The translations under genes and the position numbers were made by a program. Below, piece after piece: positions 62,325 to 64,000 of a stretch of 64,000 nucleotides of DNA. This DNA is from Eledone cirrhosa (Eukaryota), in assembly GCA_964016885.1 (NCBI GenBank), contig OZ024740.1, positions 368,652,001 to 368,716,000 of the forward strand, read 5' to 3'. The notes beneath the pieces were generated by a model that was not told where the DNA came from, made no database searches, and worked only from the letters and a program-made list of their open reading frames with translations. The number at the start of each line of letters is the position of its first letter. Position 1 is the stretch's first letter.

Positions 62325-64000
62325 TCAGTGAGTGTGTTTGTGTATGTATTCTTACTTTCTTATCGATATAATCAGTTTTCAATTCACCCGCTTTACGATA
62401 ACGAGTTCGAGTATATTATTATAAACTTTTAGTTTACGTTTTAACTCATACGTCATAAATAAATGTTATGATATCTCTCATGATTGCTGAGCATTTGGAA
62501 CTAAAATGTTTAATGCAATTCTCTTTCTATACATATTTCTTTTTTTTAATTTCCATATTTTTTTGTCTGTTGTATTCAGCAGTTTTGCAGTTTACTGTCG
62601 TTAACAATGAGCTAAATTTGAGAAAACGAACATCTATCAACGTCGTTCAATGTATCACTTAAAAAATAGTTTAGCGAGAAAATGATTATTATTACATATA
62701 TTTACGTTAGGAAGCACTTTACTGATATTTCCCTTGAACGCATTAGTGAATGATCGGTTAGAAAATGTGATGTAAAAATAACACAATATATGTATGCAAA
62801 TTTAATAGACACATTATTGACATATGCAGATTTTTGCGCAGTCTATGCAGCTGCGTTATATTCCACTAAATACGTATTTTACATTCAGACATCAGCTGAC
62901 AGCTTCAAAGGATTAAAAGAAGAAAATATAATTTTTTATCAAGAAATTATAATCAATATTCAACTAGTAGTTTTCAAAATCTGTTATTTTTTTTCCTTTT
63001 GCGTTTTCTCCTTTTTTAAATATTAAATATATAGGTACCATTTTATTTTTACCCATTTTATTTCGGAAAGGCGACATCAGTTCTAACGACTACCCGTGCA
63101 TGTCCAATTCTGAAATCTTGTGATTCATTATTCAGAAGAGAACAAAAATTACCATAAAACGACTAATAGATGAATAGTGTGTAGCCATCTTCTACATAGT
63201 ATATTAGTTATACAAAAAGACCACCATTGCATGACTTCAAACATCATATTCACTGAGCAGATACAGAAAAGATTCAAAGGCAACAAATGTTTTTGTAGCA
63301 ATACCAAAAGTAATATTTCAGCAGATTTTTTTATGGTATATAAAATCAAATTTCCATCCGAATCAATGCGTTTGATAGAAACTTTTCTCAATGTACATAG
63401 ACCCCTCAAATTAATTTTACGCACAAATAATCTTAACGGCCGCCCATCTTGTATCGGCTGTATCAGTCCATTGTCTGACCCCCCCCCCTAGGATCATGCA
63501 TTACTTCTCAAATTTCTACTGGATAACTCTACGTCCATGCATTTAAATTTGAATTATTAGATCTATTGGAGATTGTGCACACGAAAGCGAAAAATTGACA
63601 GCTATAACAGTAACGTTTTGACCAATCAATGAACGAGAAATAGCCGGTCTAGTGAAGAGTGTTATTCAAATTAGTCTGAAAAATGTGTTTCACACTCTAA
63701 AAGGAACATTCTGTATATTTAAACCTCTTACTTTATTGCATCGAAATATGACACTTATGGGAATTTCCCGATACTATGTTCGTATAATAGGTGAATATTC
63801 ATGCGAAAATCCAGTATTCCTATTCAGAAAAATATTAGGTACTCTTTGTCTACTATTATTTTCCAACATAATTAATCAATCTACACCCTGAGTGGTGTCA
63901 CTGCATCACACAACAAGATTGAAGGTTATATAAAAAATGGTTAAAAACTATATATTGTTTATCTGGTGGCACTATGTCTAGTAGTATTTCTATTTTTCCC

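Noticed and set aside
62380-64000. Short ORFs in AT-rich unique-looking DNA
   Set aside because: No recognisable domains. Small host exons cannot be excluded without RNA data.

Overview
This is AT-rich eukaryotic, transposon-dense DNA with no recognisable host protein-coding exon. The recurrent SINE and very long (TA)n arrays suggest an octopod cephalopod (inference only). Most 'IYIY' ORFs in the track are microsatellite artefacts. Mobile elements: one near-intact Penelope-like element (PLE; 25.9-31.9 kb; RT + GIY-YIG, inverted 5' pseudo-LTR, in-frame Asn-rich insert, one 1-nt frameshift), several truncated PLEs (two Naiad-type), a near-intact CR1-group LINE (49.7-54.1 kb, minus) plus a decayed relative (4.4-7.6 kb), an R4/Dong-type LINE relic, RTE fragments, a bipartite non-autonomous RTE derivative in two copies, SINEs and Helitron-like elements. 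The main signal missed by the ORF track is about 18 minimal type-I hammerhead ribozyme motifs from about 9 sequence families, found by eye. They lie in PLE pseudo-LTRs and in short ORF-less fold-back elements inserted in (TA)n. They include a compensatory U3-A8 core variant and a canonical core with an 84-nt branched insert in stem II. The CR1-group LINE also shows a candidate -1 ribosomal frameshift (T TTT TTA) linking ORF1 to an AUG-less ORF2. Element boundaries are approximate, and no alignment, folding or database search was run.
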